Positions 29,336-39,294 are shown, numbered from the stretch's first letter. The stretch: DNA of 64,000 nucleotides from Hyphomicrobiales bacterium (GCA_039973685.1 JBDWKL010000021.1:6004-70003); one strand, 5' to 3'. Notes: generated from the letters alone by a model not told the origin. Program-made: numbers and translations.

Positions 29336-29493
29336 GCCTTAAGCGGTTTTAAAACGATTATTTGGTAACCCGCCCACTTGAATGTCGGCGGGTTTTCCTG
29401 TTTGTACTTTTTTCGCAAACAATCGGGTAATTGTGACTTCTTGTGAAGGGCGCAAAGCTTGACGAATACGCGCGGTCGCTTACCATCAGACTC

Positions 29494-30243
29494 ATGAAAA
29501 ACATTTTCCTTCTGATTGCTATGTCTTCCTTTTTGTCGACCAACAGTGCGGGCGCAAACGCTGGCTCCGTTTTGGTGGCGAAGGCTAATGATGCAAATAG
29601 CTTCATAGAGGCCCAATCAAAAACGCCAATTCCTGTTCCAAGTCCCGAAGCTGAAGCAGACCGCAACGCACAAAAAGATCGCAACGAAGCAGATGCCCGC
29701 GCGCTTGAAGAAGCACAGCGCAAAGCAAGCGGCAACGAACTTCCTCTCCTCAGCGAAGAGCGCGAAGAGCGCCTCGATCAATTGTTTGCCATTTTAAAAG
29801 ACGCCAAGAACGAACAGTTATCACAAAAGGCCATTCAAGAAATTGAAGCCATCTGGTCAAAATCGGGCAGCGATACGATCGATCTTTTGGTTCAATGGGC
29901 AGGTGAGGCTACAAACAACAAAGAATACGGCAAAGCGCTCGATTTTCTCGATAACGTCGTCCGCTTGAAACCAGATTATGCAGAAGGCTGGAACAAACGT
30001 GCGACAGTCCATTTTCTCAATAAGGATTATGGCTATTCAATCGCAGATGTAGAGCGCACCTTAGAGCTTGAACCTCGTCACTTTGGTGCCTTGGCAGGTC
30101 TTAGCATTATGCTTCTTGATTATAATGAGGATGCCCGTGCGCTTGAATTCATGCGGCGTGCCCTAGAAATCAATCCGTCATTGGAGCACCTCAAAAAGCA
30201 AATTGAGACCTTACGTAAAGAAATTGAAGGCCGTGGCGCTTAA
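29494..30243 (+). CDS. secreted TPR-repeat protein
   Basis: ATG 29494 gives signal peptide MKNIFLLIAMSSFLSTNSAGANA. Charged coiled region, then TPR-like units (YGKALDFLDNVVRLKPDYAEGWNKRATVHF; ARALEFMRRALEINP). Confidence 0.65.
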   Translation: MKNIFLLIAMSSFLSTNSAGANAGSVLVAKANDANSFIEAQSKTPIPVPSPEAEADRNAQKDRNEADARALEEAQRKASGNELPLLSEEREERLDQLFAILKDAKNEQLSQKAIQEIEAIWSKSGSDTIDLLVQWAGEATNNKEYGKALDFLDNVVRLKPDYAEGWNKRATVHFLNKDYGYSIADVERTLELEPRHFGALAGLSIMLLDYNEDARALEFMRRALEINPSLEHLKKQIETLRKEIEGRGA

Positions 30244-30276
30244 CTGGCGCTACAGCCTCATTGAAACGGTGGCGGG

Positions 30277-31281
30277 ATGCTAATAGCTTTCATACTGATT
30301 TTAGTCCTCATTTGTGTCATTGCGGGTGGCCTGTTTTGGCTGGCCAAAATTACACAACGTGAAGCAGCTAAAATTATCAAAGCATTTCCGCCGCTTGGCG
30401 AGATTGCAAAAATCAATGGACACGATGTTCATTTCATCGACACCAAAGGAAATGCTCAAGACAAAGCAACAGGCTTTGCTGTGGTCTTTCTGCATGGGGC
30501 AAGCGGTAATCTGCGCGACCCATTGCACGTTTTCAAAGACCGGCTTGTTGATGATGCCCGCCTCATCTTCATCGATCGCCCCGGCCACGGTTGGAGCACG
30601 CGTGATGAGACGATGAACATGCCAGATCAACAAGCCAAACAAGTGATCGGCCTGCTGAATGAGATTGGTGTTAAGCAAGCCATATTCGTCGGGCATTCCT
30701 ATAGCGGTGCATTGATTGCCAATATTGCGCTTGATTACCCAGAACGAGTTGCAGGCCTGCTGTTTAATTCACCTGTCAGCCACCCGTGGCCCGGTGGTGT
30801 AAGCTGGTATTACCATCTTGCCTCACACCCGATAATTGGGCCGCTTTTCTGCAATACGCTAACGCTACCAATCGGCCTTCGCCAACTAGAGTGCGCCACG
30901 CAAAAAGTATTTTGGCCAAACAACGTACCTGCCGTTTACGCCAATGATATTGGAAACAATATGGTGTTAACGCCGAAACGTTTTCGCGCCAATGCAAATG
31001 ATATTGCCGTGCTGCGGGACTTTGTGGTGAAACAATCAAAACGCTATGGTGAGATTGCCGTGCCGACTACCATCATCACGGGAGACAAGGATCAAATTGT
31101 TCTGCCATGGGTTCATTCAGAAGGTTTGGCGCGGGACATCAAAGATCCACGCACACGTCTGATTTATCTCAAAAACGCGGGGCATATGCCGCATCATGAT
31201 GCGGCAGAGCTTTTTGCAGAAGAAATTAGGCTATTGGTCGATGACGTTAAGCCAGCTTTCCAAACAACAGCGGCTGAATAG
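30277..31281 (+). CDS. membrane-anchored alpha/beta hydrolase
   Basis: N-terminal TM, HGASGN motif, GHSYSG nucleophile elbow, late GHMPHHD motif. Confidence 0.75.
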   Translation: MLIAFILILVLICVIAGGLFWLAKITQREAAKIIKAFPPLGEIAKINGHDVHFIDTKGNAQDKATGFAVVFLHGASGNLRDPLHVFKDRLVDDARLIFIDRPGHGWSTRDETMNMPDQQAKQVIGLLNEIGVKQAIFVGHSYSGALIANIALDYPERVAGLLFNSPVSHPWPGGVSWYYHLASHPIIGPLFCNTLTLPIGLRQLECATQKVFWPNNVPAVYANDIGNNMVLTPKRFRANANDIAVLRDFVVKQSKRYGEIAVPTTIITGDKDQIVLPWVHSEGLARDIKDPRTRLIYLKNAGHMPHHDAAELFAEEIRLLVDDVKPAFQTTAAE

Positions 31282-31284
31282 CAA

Positions 31285-32721
31285 TTAGATCCCGCCAGCA
31301 CCTTGTGAGCCAACGAAGGCAACACGCAGCATATTGGTCGCACCTGGCGTTCCAAGCGGCACACCTGCAGAAATAATCACACGCTCACCAGATCGCGCGA
31401 AGCCTTCAGATAGCGAAACGTTACACGCTTTATCCACCATGTCATCCAAGTCTTTAGCGTCTTCACTGATGACACAGTGCAGTCCCCATACAAGAGCTAA
31501 ACGACGGGCGGTGCTTGGCACTGGAGACAGCGCAATGATTGGCGTCGTCGGGCGTTCACGCGATGCGCGAATGCCTGTTGAACCAGAAGACGTGAAACAG
31601 CAAATAGCAGCAAGGCCCAATGTTTCTGCAATCTGGTGTGCAGCGGCAGAAATAGCATCAGCACCTGTTGCTTCCGGCTCTGTGCGTTGTGCGTGCATAA
31701 TGTTTTCGTAGTTCCCGTCGCTTTCAACTTCAATCGCCACACGGTTCATGGTTGCGACCGCTTCAATCGGGAAATCGCCGACGGCTGATTCTGCAGAGAG
31801 CATAATCGCATCAGCACCTTCAAACACTGCCGTTGCAACATCGGAAACTTCAGCCCGTGTTGGTGCAGGCGCTGTAATCATTGATTCCAGCATTTGTGTC
31901 GCAACAACCACCGGCTTACCCGCACGACGGGCGGCCCGTGTTAGACGTTTTTGAATACCTGGCACTGCCTCCAAAGGCATTTCAACACCAAGGTCACCAC
32001 GTGCCACCATAATGGCATCAGACAATTCAATAATTTCATTCAAACACTGAAGCGCTTGAGGCTTTTCAACCTTGGTCATGATGCCGACACGGCCACGAGC
32101 GATTTTGCGTGCTTCAGCAATATCATCAGGGCGTTGCACAAATGACAGCGCAATCCAGTCAACCTTTGCCGCCAAAGCAGCGTTAAGGTCTGCCAAATCT
32201 TTTTCAGTCAACGCACCAACAGACAGGCTGCTATCAGGCATCGAAACACCTTTGCGGCTTGAAAGCCCAACACCCACTTCAACTGTTGAAACAATCCGCT
32301 TGCCGTCATTGCTGATACAGCGAAGGCGCACTTTACCATCATCTAAAAGCAAACGGTGGCCTGCTTCTACAGATTCAAAAATTTCAGGGTGCGGCAAATA
32401 AACCCGCGACTGATCGCCAGGGATATCATTTGAATCCAAAACGAATTCATCACCTACTGTTAGTTTAATTTTATCATCCGCAAATGCTGAAAGGCGGTGC
32501 TTCGGCCCCTGCAAATCAGCCAAAATACCGATAGGGCGTTGCACTTCAGTTTCGACCTTACGAATAGCATCAACGAGGGAATTGAGTAATTCATGGCTTG
32601 AGTGGCTCATGTTGATACGGAATGTATCTACGCCAGCATCAAACAATTTTCGCAGCATTTCCGGGGAAGATGATGCAGGCCCAAGTGTAGCTAAAATCTT
32701 GACCTTGCGTTCTCTTCTCAT
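31285..32721 (-). CDS. pyk: pyruvate kinase
   Basis: 478 aa; KILATLGPAS and MVARGDLGVEMP signatures. Confidence 0.95.
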   Translation of the reverse strand: MRRERKVKILATLGPASSSPEMLRKLFDAGVDTFRINMSHSSHELLNSLVDAIRKVETEVQRPIGILADLQGPKHRLSAFADDKIKLTVGDEFVLDSNDIPGDQSRVYLPHPEIFESVEAGHRLLLDDGKVRLRCISNDGKRIVSTVEVGVGLSSRKGVSMPDSSLSVGALTEKDLADLNAALAAKVDWIALSFVQRPDDIAEARKIARGRVGIMTKVEKPQALQCLNEIIELSDAIMVARGDLGVEMPLEAVPGIQKRLTRAARRAGKPVVVATQMLESMITAPAPTRAEVSDVATAVFEGADAIMLSAESAVGDFPIEAVATMNRVAIEVESDGNYENIMHAQRTEPEATGADAISAAAHQIAETLGLAAICCFTSSGSTGIRASRERPTTPIIALSPVPSTARRLALVWGLHCVISEDAKDLDDMVDKACNVSLSEGFARSGERVIISAGVPLGTPGATNMLRVAFVGSQGAGGI

Positions 32722-32725
32722 AATT

Positions 32726-33196
32726 CTATGTTCCGTCTTGTTCTGGATCGGTCAGTTGGATTGTCCAACTTTCCTGTTTGCTGGTATCGACTTCAAAGAA
32801 GCCGGTTTGTTCAAAACCACGCGGGATACAATTTTCTATCCCCTCAATGGTGAATTCTTTTTGCTGGGTGCAAAGCAATGCTTTCCCACCCCATTCGCCG
32901 CCCTTTGTTATGTCCATTGCATAGACATAATAAAAACGCGAAGTCAGAGGTCCTGGCAATAAAACCTTGCAAGCATTGTCGTCATCAGTTGGACTGAAAT
33001 TCCACCAACCCTCAGTCTTCCAAGAACCATCGTTTTTGTGGCCTATGGCAACGCTGATTTTGCTCGATGTTTTATTGCACAATCTCAAGTCTGCATGGGC
33101 AACTGACGCTGCGCCAAGAGTGAGAGAACCACCAATAAATGCCGTTAGTGTGTTGTAATGGCATAGTGACAGAAAAGTGCAAGCTATTTTTTTCAT
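32726..33196 (-). CDS. DUF1036-like secreted protein
   Basis: ATG 33196 gives a signal peptide ending SVAHA. LRLCNKTSSKISVAIG, GWW, FYYVYA and GFFEVD blocks match my recollection of DUF1036. Confidence 0.6.
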   Translation of the reverse strand: MKKIACTFLSLCHYNTLTAFIGGSLTLGAASVAHADLRLCNKTSSKISVAIGHKNDGSWKTEGWWNFSPTDDDNACKVLLPGPLTSRFYYVYAMDITKGGEWGGKALLCTQQKEFTIEGIENCIPRGFEQTGFFEVDTSKQESWTIQLTDPEQDGT

Positions 33197-33375
33197 GTGT
33201 CGAATAAAATCGATTCGTTTATCATTAGCCCTATGTATTGCTGTGAGGCTCACCCTTGTCAACGCTCACACAATAGCAGCCAAAGTTGTTCAACCATCTT
33301 GTTGAATGCTAATGCAGCAAAACGAAGAAACTGATAAAGACATTTAACGGCAATTCTTCAACTGTTCGGCTTCTT

Positions 33376-34179
33376 ATGACCCTCTCTACTTTAAACGATT
33401 ATTCCCCCTTCGACCATGTTGCCGGAGACCGCAAAAAGGGACTTTTATTACTCTGCGATCATGCAACAGCAACCATACCAGCTGCTTACAACAAATTAGG
33501 GCTGGGCGAAGATCAATTATCACGCCACATCGCTTATGATATTGGCGCTAGAGACGTCACGCTGGCTCTTGCTAAAACCCTTGATGTGCCAGCGGTTTTA
33601 TCTAATTTCTCGCGATTGTTGATCGACCCTAACCGTGGCCACGATGACCCAACCTTGATGATGCGCATTTCTGATGGGGCATTGATCCCAGAAAACGCGA
33701 AGGCAGATGCCGCAGAGATTGAAAAACGCCGCCGCCTTTATCATGCCCCTTACCATCAACGGGTCGAGGATGAATTACTCGCTATTGAAGCCGCAAGGGA
33801 TGGGCAAGCAGCCTTTATCTTTTCCGTCCATTCCTTCACCCCCAATTGGCGTGGCACCCCTCGCCCATGGGAGATCACAATTTTGTGGGACAGCGACCCA
33901 AGATTACCAAAACCACTGCTTGAAGGGCTAAGAGCCGATCCCACGCTTACAGTTGGTGACAATGTTCCTTATGACGGCGCATTGAAGAATGATTGCATGT
34001 TTCAGCACGGCACAAAAATGGGCCGCGCCCATGCTTTGGTTGAGTTACGGCAAGATTTGATCGCAACCAAAGCCGGGGCAGAAGATTGGGCAAATCGTCT
34101 GACACCTCTCTTAAAAGAGCAATTTAACAACCCTGCATTGAATGAACACACCATCTATCCATCGCGAACAGAGCGATAG
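33376..34179 (+). CDS. N-formylglutamate amidohydrolase (FGase) family protein, second copy
   Basis: LLLCDHATATIP and FIFSVHSFTP motifs; 267 aa. Confidence 0.7.
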   Translation: MTLSTLNDYSPFDHVAGDRKKGLLLLCDHATATIPAAYNKLGLGEDQLSRHIAYDIGARDVTLALAKTLDVPAVLSNFSRLLIDPNRGHDDPTLMMRISDGALIPENAKADAAEIEKRRRLYHAPYHQRVEDELLAIEAARDGQAAFIFSVHSFTPNWRGTPRPWEITILWDSDPRLPKPLLEGLRADPTLTVGDNVPYDGALKNDCMFQHGTKMGRAHALVELRQDLIATKAGAEDWANRLTPLLKEQFNNPALNEHTIYPSRTER

Positions 34180-34253
34180 AAATCGATGCAAAGTTTCATT
34201 GCATGGTCCTTCACCATTTCCTAAACTGACGCAAACAATTGCAGGAAAATACG

Positions 34254-34559
34254 ATGTCAAAAATTGATGAAAAGACACAAACTGAGCTGGAAGCGGCAGC
34301 CTTTCGCAGGCTTGTCGCCCACTTTCGTGAACGCACCGATGTTCAAAACATCGATTTGATGAACCTCTCCGGTTTTTGCCGCAACTGCCTATCACGCTGG
34401 TACGGAGAAGCAGCCGCCGAACAGGGCATCGAGATGGACAAAGAAGCATCGCGCGAAGTTGTCTATGGCATGCCTTATTCAGAATGGCGCGACAAATATC
34501 AAACTGAAGCGACAGCAGATCAAAAAGCCAAGTTTGAGGCCAACCCTCCGCAGCATTGA
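34254..34559 (+). CDS. DUF1244-like protein
   Basis: ATG 34254 is preceded by AGGAAA (the tracked ORF starts at TTG 34239). AAAFRRLVAHFRERTDVQNIDLMNLSGFCRNCLSRWY is characteristic of DUF1244 (from memory). Confidence 0.65.
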   Translation: MSKIDEKTQTELEAAAFRRLVAHFRERTDVQNIDLMNLSGFCRNCLSRWYGEAAAEQGIEMDKEASREVVYGMPYSEWRDKYQTEATADQKAKFEANPPQH

Positions 34560-34655
34560 TCGCGTCAACGATAAAACCACAACAATCTATTGACCAAGCC
34601 AGCCTCATCTGGCACCCAAGGTCTTCCACATTTATGTAAAGTCAAAGGTAAGAGT

Positions 34656-34925
34656 ATGTCAGATATTGGCGGCGTCGCAGCAGATCAACTTCGCACCATC
34701 GTAGAGCGTATTGAACGGCTTGAAGAAGAAAAGAAAGCCATCGCTGACGACGTAAAAGAAGTATATGCCGAAGCGAAAGCAAACGGCTATGACACAAAAA
34801 CACTTCGCAAGATTGTGACATTGCGCAAAGTCGAGTCAGCTGAGCGCCAAGAGCAAGAAGCAATGCTAGACCTTTATATGCATGCGCTCGGCATGGTCGA
34901 ACCTTCTTCAAGCGACGACGAATAG
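34656..34925 (+). CDS. gapR: DUF2312 nucleoid-associated protein, GapR-like
   Basis: 89 aa from ATG 34656. [44 protein letters not shown] matches the GapR/DUF2312 family, and the length matches Caulobacter GapR. Confidence 0.75.
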   Translation: MSDIGGVAADQLRTIVERIERLEEEKKAIADDVKEVYAEAKANGYDTKTLRKIVTLRKVESAERQEQEAMLDLYMHALGMVEPSSSDDE

Positions 34926-34958
34926 CGATCAATCAAACAATCGTTTACGCATAAAAAA

Positions 34959-34984
34959 ACCGACGGCTTACCGTCGGTTTTTTC
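34959..34984. terminator. bidirectional intrinsic terminator between convergent gapR and the DUF882 gene
   Basis: AAAAAAACCGACGG-CTTA-CCGTCGGTTTTTT. Confidence 0.85.
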
Positions 34985-35010
34985 GTTTTATAAATTGAAA
35001 AGCATGAAGC

Positions 35011-37269
35011 TTAGTTTTGCAACCAAGTAACTTTTAGGCCCGTGCCGACACTAAAGTCGACTGTTGGTGTGATGGCGATTACATCACCCTCAAACTTGGC
35101 GTCAAAGCCCTTGTTAGAAGCAACTGTGAATGCGCCTTTGAAGGTACGACTTGGGCTAACAAACAGGCTTGGCATCTTGTTCGGTTTTGGCAATGCAAAC
35201 TGGCTGTACATTTCATCAAGCAAAGATTCTTTAGCAAGAAGCGCTGTCACGATCTGCTTATGCTCGCCAGCAAAATCCAATTTCGCCGCTGTATCGGTCA
35301 ATGATTCCGCAAGCTTCGCTGGGGATTCCGCAAGCTTCGCTGGGGATTCCACAAGCTTCGCTGGGGATTCCGCAGGCTTCACAGGTGATTCCAGTTTAGC
35401 AGTGCTTATGCGACGAGGCGCTGGAAGTGGTGTTGGCGGTGTAAGGTTTGCATGCTGCGTTTGAAGCAGTTTTTTGCGAAGTTCTGTCGTGTCAGGGACA
35501 CCGAGAGATTTACGAAGCGCCAAGGCACGACTTGATTCACCTAGCCCCAAATCTTTCAACGTCACCGCAGCTGCTGGCGTCACTGAATCAAAGGCTGCAA
35601 AGCGATTAAACTCTGACTTAGGCTCTTCTTTGACTTTTGGCGCAGCTTTCACTTTAGCGACCTGCTTTACTTCAACAGCAGGTTTTACAGGTGGCAAATT
35701 ACCAGAACGAATATCTGTATCAAAGCTTCCAAAGCGATCATTAAACGAATCTGTGCTTATCGCAGAAGGACGCGCTGCTGGTTGAGTTGCAACTGCATAG
35801 GCAAGCGTCGCTGTTGCCGGTTGAACAAGCTCAGGCTTCTTCCTAGGTGTTTCATTCAACACCAATCGCGTTGGATCATTAGCCCCGCCTAGACGGTTTT
35901 TAACAACTTCAGGCGCAGGCACATTAAGGCTGTCGCGAGAAAGCGCGGCCGTTTTCGTTGGATCAATCGCAATTGGTCCATCATCTTCAGTACGCGCAGA
36001 GTTAGCTGCAATCACTTGCGGCTGACCAACTTCTAAGTTTGTCGGCGCATAATCTGGACGCAATTTCGGCGCTGGTGCTTGAGCAATCACGATTGCAGAA
36101 GGAGGAGTAAATTGGTCACGCAGGCCACTCGGCAAAGCGCGAGGAGCTGGCACATTGGCAGCAGCAAGCGCTAGCGGAGCCTTTGGTGCCTCATCAACAC
36201 GGCCAATACGCGATGGGATCGGCGTTGTATCATTTGGATCAAGCCTATTGGCAATCACAGCAGGTGCGGCAGCAGGAACTTTTTGTTCAGGCGTTGGCGC
36301 AGGCGTTGTCTCTAGCACTGGTGCAGGCGTTGACGCTTGCACTCTTTTCACCGGAACTGGAGGGTTCACCGGAACTGAGGGCTTTGCAACTTTTGCAGCA
36401 ACGACAATTGGTTTCGCCGCTGTTTGCGTAGTTTTCTTTTTCTTGCCAAAAATACCAGCAAGAACGCCGCCATTTTTCTTCTTTTTCTTAGAAGCCGAAG
36501 CAATAACTGTGCGTTTCGACTTGCTCAACGGCTGAACAACACGGTTCTTATTCGCATTGTATTCCGCGAGCGCTTGGGAATAACGAGCAAGCTTGCGGCC
36601 ATTTGTTGACACGTGAATGGTCTTACCTTTTGGAAAGACACCTGCAAGCTGTTTTGGCGTCATACGAGGCCAGTGACGTACACGTCCTGTATCCATGTGA
36701 ACGAAGGGCGTTCTAGAACCTGGATAATAACCAACACCACCAACTTGCAAACGCAGACCAATTTCGCGCAAGCGGCGCACTGGCACACCAGGAATGAAAA
36801 AGTCCATCGCTTTACCGGCTGTATGCTGGCTGGTTTTTGCGACACCGCGCGAACGACGTCGAAGTTGATTGTTGGTTTTCAACGAGCGGAAACCGGATAC
36901 AACGCGTATCGCCTTTGTCGCTCCAGATTCTTGATAAACAGACCAAATCAGGTCAAACAGACGCGGGTCCATCTTCGTCGATTTCTTACGGCGAAAATCT
37001 CTTACAATCCACTCAAGTTCTCTAAGACCTTTTTGGACATAACGTCCATTACGGCGGAAGGTGATTTTCTTTTCTTCGCCCGTATGCGTGAAATGCACCC
37101 AGAGTGTGCGCGTGCCGCCTGCAGCATTCGCTTCACTAACACCTTGATAAGGAATTGGAGCAACCAATACGCCAACACTAAGCGCTGCAGAAAGAGTGGC
37201 GTTCGCCAATCTTTTCACCGCTTTTGATTTACGGAGAGCGCGAGCAAATGCACGCTGCGCAAAATTCAT
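35011..37269 (-). CDS. DUF882/peptidase M15A (YcbK/DpaA-like) protein with ~500-aa Pro/Ala-rich extension and a distinct C-terminal domain
   Basis: ATG 37269 (MNFAQRAFARAL...). Catalytic region SGFRS..TN, SQHTAGKAMDF, GGVGYYPGSRTPFVHMDTG, then low-complexity P/A/K-rich sequence and in-frame 7-aa repeats. Confidence 0.75.
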   Translation of the reverse strand: MNFAQRAFARALRKSKAVKRLANATLSAALSVGVLVAPIPYQGVSEANAAGGTRTLWVHFTHTGEEKKITFRRNGRYVQKGLRELEWIVRDFRRKKSTKMDPRLFDLIWSVYQESGATKAIRVVSGFRSLKTNNQLRRRSRGVAKTSQHTAGKAMDFFIPGVPVRRLREIGLRLQVGGVGYYPGSRTPFVHMDTGRVRHWPRMTPKQLAGVFPKGKTIHVSTNGRKLARYSQALAEYNANKNRVVQPLSKSKRTVIASASKKKKKNGGVLAGIFGKKKKTTQTAAKPIVVAAKVAKPSVPVNPPVPVKRVQASTPAPVLETTPAPTPEQKVPAAAPAVIANRLDPNDTTPIPSRIGRVDEAPKAPLALAAANVPAPRALPSGLRDQFTPPSAIVIAQAPAPKLRPDYAPTNLEVGQPQVIAANSARTEDDGPIAIDPTKTAALSRDSLNVPAPEVVKNRLGGANDPTRLVLNETPRKKPELVQPATATLAYAVATQPAARPSAISTDSFNDRFGSFDTDIRSGNLPPVKPAVEVKQVAKVKAAPKVKEEPKSEFNRFAAFDSVTPAAAVTLKDLGLGESSRALALRKSLGVPDTTELRKKLLQTQHANLTPPTPLPAPRRISTAKLESPVKPAESPAKLVESPAKLAESPAKLAESLTDTAAKLDFAGEHKQIVTALLAKESLLDEMYSQFALPKPNKMPSLFVSPSRTFKGAFTVASNKGFDAKFEGDVIAITPTVDFSVGTGLKVTWLQN
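35303..35394 (-). repeat. 21-nt tandem repeat (about 4.4 copies) inside the DUF882 gene
   Basis: Plus-strand units GATTCCGCAAGCTTCGCTGGG at 35303, 35324, 35345 (1 mismatch) and 35366 (diverged), encoding ESPAKL(V/A) heptads. Confidence 0.9.
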
Positions 37270-37466
37270 TACAATATTGTTTCTCAAAAGCGTTGTTCCT
37301 ACACCGATACTTAGCACAACTTCAGCTTCCCCAGTCCCTATTATCGGTGTTTAGCGTTAACAGACATTTACCAAAAAACACTGCATTATTCCACCCACTT
37401 TTGAACCTTGACTATGACAAGATTGGGGCAGCGCCTCACAAATGGGCATAACCCGTCCAATCATGG

Positions 37467-37482
37467 TTAATCAAAGATTAAC
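37467..37482. promoter_or_regulatory. perfect CtrA-type box TTAA-N7-TTAAC
   Basis: TTAATCAAAGATTAAC in the intergenic region between the L,D-transpeptidase stop (37528) and the DUF882 start (37269). A half-match TTAA-N7-TTAC lies at 37357..37371. Confidence 0.4.
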
Positions 37483-37527
37483 AATGAGACGGGATTTAAT
37501 CAACAAAACTGATCTTGAAATGAAGCT

Positions 37528-39294
37528 TTACAGAAGTCCGAGCGCACGCTTTACACGCTTATGGTGTCCGTAAAGATCTGATTTATATGAAATTTTTCCA
37601 TCTTCGTCAGCAACCGCTGTGAAGTAGGTCAAGTGTACTTGAATACGCTCATCACCTCTGAGCTTAATGTATTTTTCTTTGCCACCAACCATTGAACGCA
37701 AACGGCCATTTTTCCAGCCTTTAGAGTGTTTCATCAACACATCGCCAAATTTGAATGGGTTATGAATACGCACACACCCATGGCTGTAGGCTCTTGAAAC
37801 GCGCTGGAAAAGGCTTTTTGACGGCGTATCATGAAAATAAATTGCGTGTTCATTCGGGAACAAGAACTTCACAAGACCAAGAGCATTACGGCCACCTGGT
37901 TTCTGGCGAATGCGCACTTTTCTGAAGCTGTTTTCATTCCAATTCACCGACGTTGGATCAACCACACGCCCACCACGAATAATCTCGTAATTGCGGCTAC
38001 TCACATAAGATGGGTTGGATCTAATTTTCGGCAAAAGCTCTTTAGAAGCGATTGAATACGGCACATTCCAATGCGGATTTACGACCACAAATTCCATGTG
38101 GTCAGAAAAAATCGGTGTGGCGTGTTTGGTTTTACCAACCACCACGCGGGTGCGGTGAATATTGTCGCCATTCTTATAAACAGTCGCATTATAAGAAGGA
38201 ACATTCGCCACCACATGCAAATTGCCCATGTCGCGCGGCAACCAGCGCCAGCGTTCCATATTGGCAACAATATCATGAACCCGATTGCTCGTTTTACCGT
38301 TCAAAAATCTCAGCGTTTTTGAACCGACAACCGCATCAGCAATAAGGTGATGTTCTTTTTGAAAGGCACGCACCGCTGCTTGTAGCGGCTTGTCGAATTC
38401 TCTCGGATCTTCGTCGTCAATCACCGGCACATTCAATCGCTCGCGCAAAATAGCGACACGGTCACTACGCACACCTTTATAAAGGGTCTTGCCTTCAGGC
38501 ACGATAACGTTTGGTTCAATGGCCGTGGCAGCTTGCATGCGTTCAAGCTCAGCTTTTAATGCCTTAAATCCCTTATGCGGGGGATTGTAGCTAGAAAGTG
38601 CCGCAACTTTGTCGACGCTATTTGCAAGCTTAACCAGCACTTCTGCTGGTTCTGGATAAACAGGCTTATTCTTAAAACCATGGCTTACTTTGCTTGGAAC
38701 CAACCGGCCACCTTGAGCATGGCGCGCATACTTAAGGAGCGTTTCAGTCAACTGCATTTCTGCACCCGCAACTGAACCAGCATCTTCATAGCCATCAAGC
38801 TCATAAACTGGATAATCTGACGGATCCAAACCATCGACTGAAGCATTATTAAGTCGCTCAATCAAAAGATTGGCTTCTTGCGTCAAAACGCCGTCTTTCA
38901 CCCAAACAGGTTGATAATTGCGCTCACCATAAAAATCGGCAATGGCTTCGCGGTTTTCACGGTCAACAGCATCACCTGTATTGAAAAGCTCACCGACAAT
39001 GCCCTCAATTGCCACGGCAACGGCACCATTTGCAGCTGTCTCAGAAACAATCGCACCCGCATCATCAGATTCAGGCGCTTGATCAAGCAGCCTTTCAGGG
39101 TCAACCAGTGGCGTTGAAAGAGCAGTTTTTTCAGGTGTTTTCAGGAGTTCTGGATGAGCAAGAGTGCTTTCAGCACCTGTCAAAGAAGCCAGTTTTGTTT
39201 CCGCAGAAGATTGCACATTCGCATCTGTTGCTAATGCCGCAGTTGCAGTCATGGCAAGTGCGGTGGAAACCCACAAAAATGTTCTCGAAATCAT
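37528..39294 (-). CDS. L,D-transpeptidase (YcbB/LdtD-like) with peptidoglycan-binding domain
   Basis: PG_binding segment LQAAVRAFQKEHHLIADAVVGSKTL and YkuD catalytic motif YSHGCVRIHNP. ATG 39294 gives signal MISRTFLWVSTALAMTATAALA (the tracked ORF starts at TTG 39315). Confidence 0.85.
   Translation of the reverse strand: MISRTFLWVSTALAMTATAALATDANVQSSAETKLASLTGAESTLAHPELLKTPEKTALSTPLVDPERLLDQAPESDDAGAIVSETAANGAVAVAIEGIVGELFNTGDAVDRENREAIADFYGERNYQPVWVKDGVLTQEANLLIERLNNASVDGLDPSDYPVYELDGYEDAGSVAGAEMQLTETLLKYARHAQGGRLVPSKVSHGFKNKPVYPEPAEVLVKLANSVDKVAALSSYNPPHKGFKALKAELERMQAATAIEPNVIVPEGKTLYKGVRSDRVAILRERLNVPVIDDEDPREFDKPLQAAVRAFQKEHHLIADAVVGSKTLRFLNGKTSNRVHDIVANMERWRWLPRDMGNLHVVANVPSYNATVYKNGDNIHRTRVVVGKTKHATPIFSDHMEFVVVNPHWNVPYSIASKELLPKIRSNPSYVSSRNYEIIRGGRVVDPTSVNWNENSFRKVRIRQKPGGRNALGLVKFLFPNEHAIYFHDTPSKSLFQRVSRAYSHGCVRIHNPFKFGDVLMKHSKGWKNGRLRSMVGGKEKYIKLRGDERIQVHLTYFTAVADEDGKISYKSDLYGHHKRVKRALGLL

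Noticed and set aside
34111-34629. 172-aa minus-strand ORF spanning the DUF1244 gene region.
   Set aside because: It overlaps two plus-strand genes with recognisable family signatures and good RBSs. The translation is Cys/Arg-rich and motif-free.
35303-35394. Regular 21-nt direct repeats that could superficially suggest a CRISPR or minisatellite locus.
   Set aside because: The units are contiguous with no spacers, in frame within a long ORF, and encode a 7-aa peptide repeat. This is a coding tandem repeat.
36613-37227. 204-aa plus-strand ORF, with others at 36155..36535 and 35042..35464, antisense to the DUF882 gene.
   Set aside because: These shadow ORFs lie opposite a gene with recognisable catalytic motifs. 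Their Arg/Thr/Cys-rich translations are typical of antisense frames.
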